Origin: Paraspadella gotoi | Taxonomy: Eukaryota; Animalia; Chaetognatha | Direction of reading: 5' to 3' | Assembly: GCA_051294375.1 (NCBI GenBank) | Contig: CM119268.1 | Coordinates: 21,720,010-21,784,009, forward strand | Length of the DNA stretch: 64,000 nucleotides | Shown: positions 25,953 through 39,953 of the stretch, piece after piece | Numbering within the stretch: the stretch's first letter is position 1 | How the letters are laid out: each line of letters begins with the position of its first letter | The notes under the pieces: generated by a model | Database searches by the model: none | Told to the model about the DNA's origin: nothing | Seen by the model: only the letters and a program-made list of their open reading frames with translations | Position numbers and translations under genes: made by a program

Positions 25953-26581
25953 TAAGGCGGGCCCAAATTGTACACTTTTTTAATAACTTTTAATTGTTCT
26001 CTCAAAGAAATTCGCTTTTTTTCCTTCATTACTAAATCGATTTTTTAATGGCACTTTTTGAATTCGTTCCATGTGGGTTGTTGGCACTGAAGCTTTTAAA
26101 TTTTATTAATATATAACAACTGACAAAATATATTTTTTTCAAAAAATTAGTTTTTAAGAAGCGGATTCCTATAGAGCTTGAAAAGTTAAAATAATTAGTT
26201 GTACTACAATTTTAATTAAAATTTTTGACAAGAAATTGTGTTAAAACAGAAAAAACATTAAAAAAATCATCATCATCATCATGAATTGGCTGAATTTATA
26301 GTTTTTAAAATTTTATCAATAACATAAAAAATTTAAAAAATTTGTATTTTAACCTTTATCTATTTAAAAGCTCTATCAGAAATCATAAAAAAAATGAAAA
26401 ATTCAAAAAAAATTTTTAAACTGTTATATAATGAATAAATATATCTTTAATATGCTTCCGTGCGCTTATTATAAGATATTTTTTTTAAATTAATTTTTAT
26501 TTTCATAATTCTCCTCAAAGTCACTTTTATCATTATTTATTTGAAGAGAAACTTTCTAGTTTTGCAAACCTGTTCCGGCTA
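25953..26581. mobile_element. MITE-like insertion present only in the left arm
   Basis: 8-bp TSD ATGCACGG (25945-25952 and 26582-26589). It starts TAAGGCG, the same as the reverse-complemented right end of the 21.5-kb MITE. The empty site is at about 49290 in the right arm. Confidence 0.8.
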
Positions 26582-29500
26582 ATGCACGGTGCATTGTTGT
26601 GCAAGCGTAAAAGAACATTTAATCAATTAAGATCCTTACCATGTAACATAAACTCGCTTCCTGTTTTCGTCAATATATATTTTGTTACCATTTCTTCAGC
26701 CAATTCTACAATAAATATACACTAAATTGTTGACGAAAAAAAAAATCCAGTTGAAATTCGACAAGGAACGGGTAATTGGCCCCTTGGAAAAAAAAAAAAA
26801 AAAATTTCGGGCCCGAAAAAATAGAATTTTGGCGAATAAGACTAAAAACAATCAAACGAGTTTTTTTCTTTTTTTGTCTTTAATCAGTTTGCTGACTCGT
26901 TGAACCAGTAATTTTGCAAGTTACTAATGCGTTTTTCCGCCTCAATGAACGGAAACTGGTTTTTAAATTCGGTTTCAGTAAAATCGTTTGTCGTTTTTCT
27001 GAAGAGCGATAAATCCGTTCGATTAGCGATTGTAGAGCGGAAGTTCTTTCTTCTTAAACTTGTGAGATTTTGTTAATTTTGTGAGATAAATATACAATTT
27101 GACAAGTTTTATCTAAAAACTGTAGTTTTTTGACTCCACTCTGTTTATTGATAAAAATCTTATAGCAGAGATTTAAATTATTTTATTTTTTATTATAGAT
27201 CAACGAATTTACGTGTATTTTTTGACATAAGAAGCAAGGTTTTTCTTTTCATAACATAATTTAATTAACAACTTAAGATAATTAAATCTCATGACGTAAG
27301 TTGTTTTAATTCTAATGGTTAATTGTTCTTATAAATCATTTTTCATTGTTTTTGCATTCTTATATTCATATTCGCAGTGCAACTGTCTTTTAATAAAAAA
27401 AAAATTAAGTGTTGATTTTTAATTAAAAAAAAATAAAATTCAGTTCAATATGAACGTTTGTCTTTAATGTAAAAACTTCATTTTTTGACTTTTTACAAGG
27501 AGATCATTACTAATGATTAGGAATCATCCTAAATATATTTTAATAGTATATATACTAATTATATCTAATGCTAAAATGAATATGTCTCAACTAGAATCTG
27601 CTTCGTCGCGACAGTTTTACTTTTTTTTCGATACCTCCTCCTGCCTCGCTTCTCCTCCTTCCTCTCTCCCTCCTCCTCTGCCAGTGATCCAAGAATCCTT
27701 CACTCTGTCTGCCATTTCTCCGCTTCGACACAAAGGGAAATCAAGTCCGCCATCCTTTATCTGTCTCCGTCTCGTTTGGACATTTGGAGAAGCGCTCTGG
27801 AGATCGAGGTGATTATGATGAATCTGTGAATGGAAGGAGAAATGGTAAACTAAAAATAGCTAAAAATATAAAAATACTAAAAATATTAAATATTAAAAAT
27901 TCTAAATCTAAATATAAAATAATACTAAAGTAGCTAAAAATCTAAAACTAAAAATAACTAAAAATACGTAAAAATACTAAAAATACTAAAAATAACTAAA
28001 TACTAAAATTACTGAAAATTACTAAAATTACTGAAAATATTAAAAATTTGAATAGGGAGACTAGGCTGATGCAGATTAACTCAGCTCCTCTAAGTTTTTA
28101 TATAGCGTATTAAAGCTTGTAGATATTTTTTTTTACAATGGATAAATCATTAAGTGTAGTTAGGCAAGGTTTGTAGACGACGCCAAATAAAATAGAATTA
28201 AATAAAGAGGTTCTATAAATCTTACAAGCTAAGTTTATTACTAATAGTAGGACGGGGTGAATTGGACGTGAGCCATATATATTCTTTGCACTGTTTAAAT
28301 GACCGGTTTTCAGTGCCGTTGGCAAACTCGAAATTCCAATAATTTGTTTTTAAATTTATTTTTGGTAATGGGAAGGCAGTTTATCTTTACTCAAGAACTA
28401 TGTGGTAATATGGGGAAAATGCATCATAGATGATCATTATTAATCTAAACTCTTACTTGATGCTAAAGAAAATTTAAGTAAAATTTTCATGATTGAACTT
28501 CCAACTATTATCCTTTGGTGATTGAGATTCAAAAAAATTATCTTATTTTAAATACGCAAATAATGAATAAAAAATCAAAGATTATAAAGCCAACTACTGC
28601 AACATTGCAAAATGAATAATTTTATGAAAAAATATACTTGTTTAGGGTTTAAATTGATAAATGCAATTACCAACATTTTTCTTTTTAACCAATTTTTTAA
28701 AAAATTATATTTACAATTAATTAATTTAATTGTAATTTAATTTCAATATATTTAATAATTTAATATTTCATACGGTAAATTGGATGACGTTTGAAACTAT
28801 CCTTCGCAGATATTAATTTTTTCTCCCAAAAACTTGGTGAAGTTCGATCGATCCAAGGTCGAGAATCACAGATGCCGAGGTCGAGAGGTGCAGCAGGTGG
28901 GAGAGGATGCATCCGGCCCACTTCTATTAGCACCTCCGGCCAGCCTTGACGGCACCACGCCGAGATTCGCCACTACCACCGTAGACTCCGCTTCACGCTC
29001 AACTCCTTCAACATTGATCTGCCGCATTCGTCCGTCGCAAAATCGCCGCACTCGTCACGCATTCTTTGCCGCAACCTTGAACACTGCTCCCTGACCGCAA
29101 CTTTTCTCCGTCGCCTTAAGCGGCTGCAGTTGCGGCAACCGCCGCGACTCGCCGCACTCTCCCGCTGCAGGCCGGCGCAGGAGAATTCGAAAGCGAGAAG
29201 CGGAGATCGAAGGAACAAAAGGAGAAGGCGGACGACGCGATGCGTCGACTTGTCAGTTGAGACTCGGAAAAGGAGAAGCGTGAGAGATATGAAAGCCGAG
29301 GAAGCGATTCGCTGCTGAGAATGAGAAAGCGAAAATGCCGAGAAGCGGGTAAGTTCGTCGAAGCAGCGACGGTGAAGACTGAAAAGAGGAATTGAAGTCT
29401 GTTGTCGAAAAGATTTGCAATTGTTATAAATGAATAATTAATTTGACTAATGCGAACATTTGTCTTAATCGTTATAAAGTTATAATTTTTTAGCTTTTAG

Positions 29501-31848
29501 TTCCTACGGAGAAAATAGTTTGAGTGTTTAGAAATAGAACTACATGAAATATGAGGATGATAATAATGATGATGATTGATGTCATTTAACTCAAGTAACA
29601 TATTTTTTTATATGTTGGTATAAAACTGATAATTCAATCGAATGTCAATCTAACAAGAGTTCTTCGAGCGACTGACTCGATTTCTTCAGGCTTCCACTCC
29701 ACTCGTTTCCATCAACCGGACGAACTTTTCCCATGACATTCCAGCAAAATTCGCACTTTCAAAGATTTCAGTCAAGTTGAGTGTCTGATTGACGTTCGGG
29801 TTCTGTAAAAGGTGAGTGAAAAGCGCAATAAGGTCTCTGGAAGGAGGGGGAAAAACAATGAGAGCTGCTGGAAATTGGTAAATGCAATTGGGTTCTGGAA
29901 GGGCACATCAGACAAGTCTGCCAGCCAAAAAAATATAGGTTTACAGGCTTGCGGGAGCGAGGCGAACTCAGTTTGGTATCTTCTTAATCAAGATGAGGTT
30001 TGCACTTTACAGGCAAGAAGCCCTTTCTACTCTTTATCTGAATATCCTTTCAAAAAAAAATCTCGTTGGAGTCAAAAAGAATAATATCAAAACATAAATT
30101 AATGTTTCTCCGACCCCCGTATTTGCAACTAGTGTCTTTCAAACATTCACTAAAACGACTTCCTCAATCCTCACTCTTTCCGATTCTTAAGCGCTCACCT
30201 TTTCCGAAGTCCCTCGGAACTCAAAATGAAAAACATTTTAACAAATTTGCTTTTTCCAATTTGGTTCCGTTGTCTTCCATTTGTTCGTTGTTCCACAATT
30301 GTCCGTTGTTCCAATTTGTGGCCGTTGTTCACTCGATTCTATCAACTGAAACCATTTTTCCCGCCATTTGTAACATCCGATACATTCCCGTTTGCCGACG
30401 CATTCCCTTCACTTGCCCGAGATATCCGTTCCTTGACAGGTGCTTGCCGCGCAATCCCCTCCAAATCACTCCGGGTAAACCGCCGGTGCTGCCAGCCGGT
30501 GTCCTCCGTCTGTTGCGCGGTGAGCTCCGTCGTTGCCGGTGCAGCCTCCGTCTGTTGGTCGGTTCGCAACCTCCGTCTATTGCGCGTAGCAGCTCCGTCT
30601 GTTGCGTTGCAACTCCCTCCGTTGCGGTGCACTTCCGCCGTCTGAAACGTTTACATCAAATATTGGGAGGTAAATTAATGTCCTGTTGAAAGCTTGCGGG
30701 TCTTGCGACGGTATCAATGGCAGTAAAAGGTATGCAACGTCTCTGCAAAGTCGGACAGATAGCTTCTTACTAAATCAACGAATGAATTTTTTTTATTGTT
30801 GTCCAATTTCATTACAGAAAAAAAAGGGTTTTTTACTGTGAATAAAAATCCCCTTTTAAACGATAGAGACTGTAAACGGAGTTCGGATGAGCACCTTTTC
30901 GATTTATGTCGGTTCTTCTGTAACTCTTATGAACGACGATGACGACGGCGACGGTGACGGCGACGATGACGACGACGATGACCCAAACGATTTTGGAAAA
31001 TGTTCATCCTGAAAAGGGTAGAAAGGAAAGAAAAGAAAGAGAAGAAAAGAAGAAACATTTAGGGCAAATATGAGAATAAAAGAACAAAAATGAAAGTTTA
31101 AAGAAAGGAAAAGAGAATAAGATTTATAAAATTTTAAAAATTATAAAAACAACAAAAAACAAAACAACAAGAACACACAAAAAACTCGGTGACATAGCAA
31201 CACAGAAAAAAAAAACTTTAGAAGCAAATTAATTAAGAAAGGAAAAAAAGCAACTTTATTCGCAACCTCCCTGCCCCCCCCCCCTGCGAATCGCGTAGAA
31301 ACTCGAACTGAAAATTTTAATTTCGAATTTTGGGAAAACAGAAAAATTCGATTTTGCAGAAATCGATTGACGGAAATTGAAACTTGCAATAACGACGCGA
31401 CGACGACGACGAACGACGACAGGGACCGACGCAAAAATTTTACTCTACGAATTCAATGGAGGAAACACAATATTTAATCCGACTCTCGAGTTATATTGTC
31501 GTCGTTGTCGTCGTCATCTTTGTCGTCATTGTCGTCGTCGTCTTTGTCGTCGTCATAGTCGTCGTCGTCTTTGTCGTCGTCGACATCGTTCATTGCGATC
31601 AAATGACTTTATTCTCACCAGGTGGTTAGGAAATTAAAAGAAATAATTGATATGGTACAGCGCCAGTAGCGGTGACCTGTCTTAGTTAAAGATAAAGGGT
31701 TTTATCAAATTTAAGTTTTACTTGACCTGTATGAGGCTTAGATTTAAGATTTATAAAAAATATATTATTACATTAGTTTATTTTTCGGAAAAAAAAAGTC
31801 AATTTGTGTCTGTCTATCTATCTATCTATCTATTATATCTATCTATCT

Positions 31849-31886
<38 letters not shown>

Positions 31887-33107
31887 ATCTCTCATCTACG
31901 CTATGTTATCCCGAATAATAAAAAGAAATTATTTATCGCAAAATCATTTTGTGTTGAAGCCGTTTTAATTAGAACTGTTTCGTATTTTAATAACTTATAA
32001 CAACATTTCATTCATTACATAGAAATAAAACCCCGAAAAGCGTAAAGTGAACTTCACAATTCGACAAGGCTTTAACGAATGTACAGGGTGAACCAAATAA
32101 AAGAAGTCGATCTAAAAAAAAACGCGCGTGATGCGCAATTCTTTTTTTCAGAAAAATCCAAACTTTAAATAATTGGTCAAAAAAAAAATTATATGTCCCC
32201 AACAACTAGAATTTAAATAATGACTATTTTCTAATTTATATCACAATACATCTAAACATTTTAACAAATTTTTTTAAAAATGCCGTAAAAATTACTTGAA
32301 TAAATTAAAGCCGTTTTATCGATAATAAGAATTGCCAAATATTTATTAAAAGTAATGTTCTTTACGTGGATTAAAAAAAAACTTAGAACTAAGTTACATT
32401 TCACTTTGGTCGAACGCGATTTTAAGCTTAAAAAAATAAAAAAATAGTTAAGACTTTTCCATGCGATGCTAAGTTCAAAATTAAACCTAAAACGACTGGA
32501 TCCGTTTCCGAGACAAGGCATGCTTGTTTTTTTTATCGGTACAGGGTGATTTTTGTATTAATTCAACACAAAAGCTTGTATCCATGTTATTGCTACTTCA
32601 TTTTGGCGCTCGATCTAAATTTTATGAAAATAAACAAAAAGACAGAGAAAAAAGACACAAAATAAAAAGTATTTTAATTAATATTTTTGTAATCATCGTG
32701 GTCGATATTTGTTTTTAAAAAAAATTTTTGCATAGAATGCATGTCATGGTTATTGGTTAATCATTATCAGTTCATCATTATATCTTTTATTTCATTAAGT
32801 CGGTCGTATCATGCGTTCATCTTGTTTTTTTTATGCACCACATTTAGACATTTTAAAAATTTAAAAAAAAAATGACTTGCGTTTGACACAATTAAAAAGA
32901 GTGAGACAAAGCATATCTTGTGTAAAGAGGCAGAAAGACAAATTGATATGAAAAAATATCGGAGAAAGAGAAATACAAGAAATCTTGACGAATACATTAA
33001 TGTAAAAAGAGAAGGATACACTTTTTGTCGAATATACTGATAACAAAGCGATGTAAGGTTTCTTTTGTTTTGCATATAGAAAGCTGAGGGGAGAGAGAGA
33101 GAGAGAG

Positions 33108-33149
<42 letters not shown>

Positions 33150-33727
33150 AAAGTAAGGGGAGAAGCGTAATTGGCCATACATTAATAAAAATAGAAGCTG
33201 CATTTATGTTCTTGGTTTTTTGGCGGTTGAATTTTTTTATTCATAAACATTAAAAAAAGATATTTCCATTCATATCTAGCTCATGCAACGTTTTTCCTTT
33301 AAAATCATATTCAATGAAAGAAATTTCTCATCTTTATTCATTTAAGCCACCTGAATCAAAAATTTTACCTTTGATTTGACAAATAAAATTAAAAATGTCG
33401 CGAATAAGAATAAAAAGAATAATCTTTGTCAGAAAACGAGTTACATTTAATTTTCTATTTATCGCTTACAAATCATGGTCATATTTTCTAAAAGCATCCA
33501 TTTCAGTTTAAATTCGGAATCAAGTTTGTTTTTAGGTTTAAGGATTAGGTTAAGAGTCGGGTATAAATTTAAAAGAAAAAATTAAGGTTAAAAAAAGGTA
33601 AAAATGAAGTGCTTTCGGAAAATCGTACCAGTATGTTTCTTTTTTTTTGCCCATCTCTTCCTCATCGTTTATCCTCTCTTCCTCCTCCTCCTCCTCTCCT
33701 CTCGCTCTCACTCAAAGTCACTCCTCT

Positions 33728-35499
33728 ACTCCTCATCGTCGTTTCTCTGCTCCTCAAACTCTGCTCCTCTTTTCCTTTTGAATTTCCGACGTGGAGCATC
33801 GATGTTGCGATCCTAAAAATAAAAGAAATGAAAAGAAAAGATGCAGATAACTAATAACTAATAATCCTCGACTGATCATTGTTTTCACAAGCCTCATTTC
33901 ATCCCCTCCTTTGCATATTATTAGCTATCTTAAGACCGAGTAAAAATATCATTTACTATTCGTTTCCTTGTATTACGTGACTAGACATGAAACGTCTCTT
34001 GTTAAGTGGAATATGTGTGATTATATAAACATAAGTAATATAGAATAACAGACAGACATATAAACCTACCGGTCCTTCGCGTTCCCTGCTGTCTCTGTTG
34101 CTGCTGCAGTTCCACTCCCGACATCTGCTGCTGGTGCTGCTGCAGCGCCTCGTTATCGTCCTCCGGGCAGAGGACGTTGAGGATGTAGTCGGTGAGGAGA
34201 GGCGCGACCTTGGGGAGTCGGCGTCGACGGCTCGAAGGATGTTGACGAGCGATTCCAGGGTCGAGAGGCTCATCTCCGCCGTCAGGGCTGTGGAAGGGGT
34301 GAAGGGGTGGAGTGGGGGGTGTAGAAGGTTGTTGGTTGATCCTAGAGAATGGGATTAAATGACCCAGGCCTTTTGCTTTAAAATTCAACTTAAAATAAAC
34401 AAATACATGTAAGCAGATTTTCAAAATCAAAATTAGATTGACTCTCTTATTTATTAGAAGACACAATTTCGAGAGCTAAACCTAATTTTTAACTATTAAA
34501 ACTCCATTTTTATTTAGCTTTTAAACTCAAAATTTAAACTAACTTTGGTGTAAGGAATAACAGTGGTAAGATAAGACGAATGCTTTTCATTGGATGTCGA
34601 AGATTTTCGTTTGTTTTGTTTCTGCTTTTCGCCGCTTCGAGGCGCGACGTCATCGCCTGACGCCTTTTGTTTTGGACAGACAAAAGGACAGTCACGAATT
34701 GATTCTTCAATTCCTGAGAATTAAAAAAAAATTGACGAAAAATAAAGTTTTGTCTTATTTCTATGAAAATATAGAAATGATCTCGTAGCTGAGTTTTCCT
34801 TCACGTTAACGTCTTAATTCTGTTTTTATATGAAATATAGTTCTCATAAAGAAAAAAGTTACAAATAAATATTCTATGCGCGTAAAATTATAACAAATAA
34901 TGTGGAACCATACTGAACATTGAACAACAACATTTTAAGGATTTTTTATGAAAAGTTTTAGTGCCGATTTAATCGGATATTTCAATGATATTTAATATTT
35001 CAATGACTTTTGTTACTAATCAACGAGCAAACACAAAAGGGCAAAAACGACAAAAAAAAAAAAAACAAAAAAAAAAAAAAAAAAAAACACACAAAAAAAC
35101 AGCGACTTTAATAATATTTAAAAGAATCAAAACAATTTTTCTAATCTCACTTTAGGCTTAAGCATAACTTAATCTCAACTTAAGCCATTGTCCTCAATTA
35201 ATTAACTTATTTTTTCGAACTCGAGCTCAATTAATGAACTTACTTTTCGAACTCGAGCTCATTAATGAACTTACCTTTTCGAACTCGAGCTCAATTAATG
35301 AACTTACCTTTTCGAACTCCAGCTCGTCCTTCTCGCCACTCATCAATCAGAGTCTCTGAATTTTCTTTGATTCGCGATTCGATCTCAGACACATTTGTTT
35401 AAGCGCCCCACACGAGAGGCGCTCCAGGCCTAAATGGTTTTAACAAAATAGCATCAGGATTTTCGAGGTTATCCGTAAATAAAATATACTCACTTAAAC

Positions 35500-35597
<98 letters not shown>

Positions 35598-35679
35598 TCA
35601 ATAGGTATTCCTCCGTCGATAGTTCATCCCCCTTTAGGGCGATATCCTCTTTGAATCGGAGAAGTTCGTCACAAACGAC
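33728..35679 (-). other. Inverted copy of the FEZ1/UNC-76 3' exons
   Basis: Reverse complement of 40276-42290 with frameshifting indels. Confidence 0.88.
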
Positions 35680-35980
35680 CTGAAACAGTATAATTTAATT
35701 ATTTTTAAATATTATTTTTATTATTATGTAATATATAAGAATTTATTTTTATTCACAGAATCATAAGGACGTATATTGATTCAGATCAGAAAAAAACTAA
35801 GTACAATTTAATGTAGGGATTAGAAAAAAGTGGAAAAAATAAATTTAGAAAAAAAGTAGAAGATAATTTTTTTTACATTTTTTATCGAAATTAGAAAAAT
35901 ATTAAAAAAGTTTAAAAAAAAGAATTCCTCTATTGAGAAAAAAGCTTTTTGTTCAATCTCATTAGCGACTCTGAATAAAA

Positions 35981-37178
35981 ATGTGCAAAGCGTTGTTCAA
36001 CTTTTTGAGATGCATCATCATTACGTGTGAACGTCATCTTCTTTATCGTTGGAATCCGTTTTTTCGCCAGCGCACTTTATGCCGAAGCCAGGTCGATATA
36101 AATATTGTAACGACCAAACCAGCCCGAGCGCGAGTCTCGTGTCTCGTCATCCACGATTCACCTCCTCTTCCTCCTGCTAGCACCCAGGGTCGAGGCTCAC
36201 CAGTTTTCACTTCTTCGTTTCTACTCTCTTCCTCTGCTTTCTCCTCTCCGCTCCTTTCATTTCTCCCTCCATTTTTTGTACACCTTTTTTTGCCTTTTTT
36301 TGTAGTACATACACGTTTTCCACATTTTGCCTTCTTCTTTTGCCTTGTTAGTTAGACCCGATTACCCATCCAGTAGAGTGGCGCCCAATGTGGGCTCGAA
36401 CCCGACCCAGATTAGAGTCCTGTGCTCTCGTTATAATAGTTATAATGGGTTGATGAAATGGTATAATATAAAGATTATCTATTCGTTTAATAAATAAGCT
36501 TCTTGCCCTGACTCTGGAAAGCCTTGGTGGTTTTAAGGCCTCCATCATTCTACAACATGAATGGTAGATCTGTAAGAAATCTGTGGCCAGATTTAGGCTC
36601 TACTAACTCCATCGTCAAATTGGTATATCAATTTTAGCAATTTTGCTCTTAATATGAAATTTATTTTCTAAAGGCGTCTTGATTATCCCTAAGCTAATGT
36701 TTCACAGGTCGACTTTGAAAGGTAATCGGAAATCAATACAAGGAACACATTCGCCTGTAGAAGATTTTCTAGGCGTCAAGAGACAAAACGACGGCGGCGG
36801 CAGCGGCAGCGGCGGCAGCGGCAGTGGAAATAGCAGCGAAAGCGACATTGACAGCGTCAGCAGCAGCAGACCAAAATCAGCAGCAGCAGCGACGGCGGCG
36901 GAGGAGACGACAGTGGCGGGCCGGCGGAGGGGGCGGCGGATTTCCAGATTTTCTGCCTGACAGTAAACATAACATCCACACCAACAACAACACAAACAAC
37001 ACAAACAACACACAACAAGTGACACCGACACAACGAATTCCTAATCCTTCAGGCGTCCGGAAGAAAATTCTGGAAGTCGATGCGTTCGTGATCGAAGTTG
37101 GACGACATCTCTGGAGCAATCTTGAACACTTTGAATGTCATCATGATTGTTGGATAGTGGCAGCGATCATAGGTGAAG

Positions 37179-37224
<46 letters not shown>

Positions 37225-38060
37225 AGAGAGAAGAGAGAAAGAGAAAGATAAAAAGAAAGGGACGAAAATCGCCTCTACAGTCTATTCTTCTCCTTCCTCC
37301 TCTCCTTTCTCTCTCCCCTTCTTCTCCCTCCCTCCCTCTCCTCCTTCCTCCCCCTCCTCTCCCTCTCTCTCTTCTTCTTCTCTCCCCTCTCCTCCTTCCC
37401 CTCTCCTCCCTCCCCTTTCTTCCCCCAGCTCTCCTCGGAATCATCGCCTTCTCCTGCTGCAACAAAGTCCGCTTCTTCTCTTCTTCTACCTCTTCCTCCT
37501 CGTCCTCCTCTTCATCGGCCTCCTCGTCGTCACCATCCTCTCCATCGAGCAGAGGACGTTGCAGAGTGGGTCAGGATTGGGTCAGGATTGGGTCGAGGAG
37601 TGGGTTCAGGTATTGGGTCAGTATTGGGAATTCAGGTCGCGAGAGTGGGTCAGGATTGGGTCAGATTGGGTCAGGATTGGTCAGGATTGGGTCGGAGTGG
37701 TCAGGATTGGGTCAGGATTGGGTCAGGATTGGTCAGGGAGTGGGTCAGTTGAGTTGGGTCAGGAGTGGGTCAGGATTCAGGAGTGGGTCTACCTCGTCCT
37801 CCTCGTCAGGAGTTGTATCGAATCGACATTTTCCATAAATTGTAATTAGATTGTCATTAATTGGGTCATATGGATTGCAAATTGTTGCTTGGTCAACGAA
37901 TCGCTTAATCATTAGGTCTGGATCTTTGCGTTCTCGAAGGAGTAGCGTTCGACGAGAGGCCCGCCAGCAGATTCCTGATGGCGGCGCTGCAATACTGGGG
38001 CAACTGCTGCGGAATTAGAGGCAGCGTCGATTATGCCTGTCACGGAGTATATGATTACAA
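35981..38060 (+). other. Inverted copy of the tetraspanin 5' exons; supplies the sequence hidden by the 38824-39081 gap
   Basis: Mirror of 38193-39953. Exon 3 is complete here (37053-37172). Confidence 0.85.
36106..36435. mobile_element. Solo-LTR-like insertion with an embedded tRNA-Lys(CTT) 3' fragment, left arm only
   Basis: Ends TGTAACGA...TCGTTATA. 36379-36428 (TGGCGCCCAATGTGGGCTCGAACCC..AGATTAGAGTC..TGCTCT) is the reverse complement of the tRNA-Lys 3' portion including CCA. Absent from the right arm (about 39825). Confidence 0.65.
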
Positions 38061-38082
38061 GTTGGTGGGGAGAGAAGAGAGT

Positions 38083-38160
<78 letters not shown>

Positions 38161-38192
38161 GGTGGCAGAGTCTCTTTCTCTCCCCCACCAAC

Positions 38193-39953
38193 TTGTAATC
38201 ATATACTCCGTGACAGGCATAATCGACGCTGCCTCTAATTCCGCAGCAGTTGCCCCAGTATTGCAGCGCCGCCATCAGGAATCTGCTGGCGGGCCTCTCG
38301 TCGAACGCTACTCCTTCGAGAACGGCAAAGATCCAACCTAATGATTAAGCGATTCGTTGCCAAGCAACAATTTGCAATCCATATGACCCAATTAATGACA
38401 ATCTAATTACAATTTATGGTAAATGTCGATTCGATACAACTCCTGACGAGGAGGACGAGGTAGACCCAATCCTGACCCACTCCTGACTCAATCCTGACCC
38501 AACTCCCGACCAATCCTGACCACAATCCTGACCCACTCTGACCCAATACCTACCCAATCCTGACCAAATCCTGACCCACTGCCCGAACTAATCCTGACCC
38601 ACTCCCGACGCCAATCCTGACCCAATCCTGACCCAATCCTGAACCCAAATCCTGACCCACTCTGCAACGTCCTCTGCTCGATGGAGAGGATGGTGACGAC
38701 GAGGAGGCCGATGAAGAGGAGGACGAGGAGGAAGAGGTAGAAGAAGAGGAAGAAGCGGACTTTGTTGCAGCAGGAGAAGGCGATGATTCCGAGGAGAGCT
38801 GGGGGAAGAAAGGGGAGGGAGGANNNNNNNNNNNNNNNNNNNNNNNNNNNNNNNNNNNNNNNNNNNNNNNNNNNNNNNNNNNNNNNNNNNNNNNNNNNNN
38901 NNNNNNNNNNNNNNNNNNNNNNNNNNNNNNNNNNNNNNNNNNNNNNNNNNNNNNNNNNNNNNNNNNNNNNNNNNNNNNNNNNNNNNNNNNNNNNNNNNNN
39001 NNNNNNNNNNNNNNNNNNNNNNNNNNNNNNNNNNNNNNNNNNNNNNNNNNNNNNNNNNNNNNNNNNNNNNNNNNNNNNNNNCAACAATCATGATGACATT
39101 CAAAGTGTTCAAGATTGCTCCAGAGATGTCGTCCAACTTCTGATCCACGAACGCATCGACTTCCAGAATTTTCTTCCGGACGCCTGAAGGATTAGGAATT
39201 CGTTGTGGTCGGTGTCACTTGTTGTTGTGGTTGTTGTGGTTGTTGTTGTTGTTGTTGGTGGTGGGATGTTATGTTTACTGTCAGGCAGAAAATCTGGAAA
39301 TCCGCCGCCCCCTCCGCCGGCCCCGCCACTGTCGTCTCCTCCGCCGCCGTCGCTGCTGCTGCTGATTTTGGTCTCGCTGCTGCTGACGCTGTCAATGTCG
39401 CTTTCGCTGCTATTTCCACTGCCGCTGCCGCCGCTGCCGCTGCCGCCGCCGTCGTTTTGTCTCTTGACGCCTAGAAAATCTTCTACAGGCGGAATGTGTT
39501 CCTTGTATTGATTTCCGATTACCTTTTCAAAGTCGACCTGTGAACACATTAGCTTAGGGATAATCAAGACGCCTTTAGAAAATAAATTTCATATTAAGAG
39601 CAAAATTGCTAAAATTGATATATCAATTTGACGATGGGAGTTTAAGTAGAGCCTAAATCTTGGCCACAGATTTCTTACAGATCTACCATTCAATGCGGTT
39701 GTAAGAATGATGGAGGCCTTAAAACCACCAAGGCTTGTCCAGATTCAGGGGCAAGATAGCTTATTTATTAAACGAATAGATAATCTTTATATTAGTACCC
39801 ATTTCATCAACCCATTATAATTATTACAATATTTATATCGACCTGGCTTCGGGCATAAAGTGCGCTGGCGAAAAACGCGATTCCAACGATAAAGAAGATG
39901 ACGTTCACCGTAATGATGATGCATCTCAAAAAGTTGAACAACGCTTTGCACAT
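38193..39953 (-). CDS. Tetraspanin-like gene, 5' exons (TM1, EC1, TM2, TM3, CCG)
   Basis: Exons 39953-39843 (MCKALFNFLRCIIITVNVIFFIVGIAFFASALYARSQ), 39537-39279 (Gly/Ser-rich), 39183-gap, 38798-~38660 (LLGIIAFSCCNKVRFFLFFYLFLLVLLFIGLLVVTILS), possibly 38442-38411, and 38337-38193 (LQYWGNCCGIRGSVDY). Confidence 0.88.
38460..38660. repeat. ~11-bp repeat (AATCCTGACCC)n; mirror at 37565-37790
   Basis: Seen directly; begins at a tetraspanin donor and fills the intron. Confidence 0.9.

Larger units (their letters stand above)
23932..31007 (-). other. Noisy inverted copy of the membrane/ankyrin gene exons (lacks the RING exon)
   Basis: Reverse complement of about 45071-51229 with dense insertion errors. 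Confidence 0.85.

Noticed and set aside
36379-36428. Functional tRNA-Lys gene
   Set aside because: It lacks the 5' acceptor strand and most of the D arm, has deletions, and carries an encoded CCA.
36824-37849. 341-aa and 221-aa ORFs
   Set aside because: Read-through of tetraspanin exons and repeat-filled introns in the duplicated arm.
38075-38185. Palindrome centre as a SMRTbell adapter or a telomere-resolution site
   Set aside because: The loop (GGTGGCAGAGT between AG/CT arms) does not resemble the adapter as I recall it, and a microsatellite mis-join explains it.
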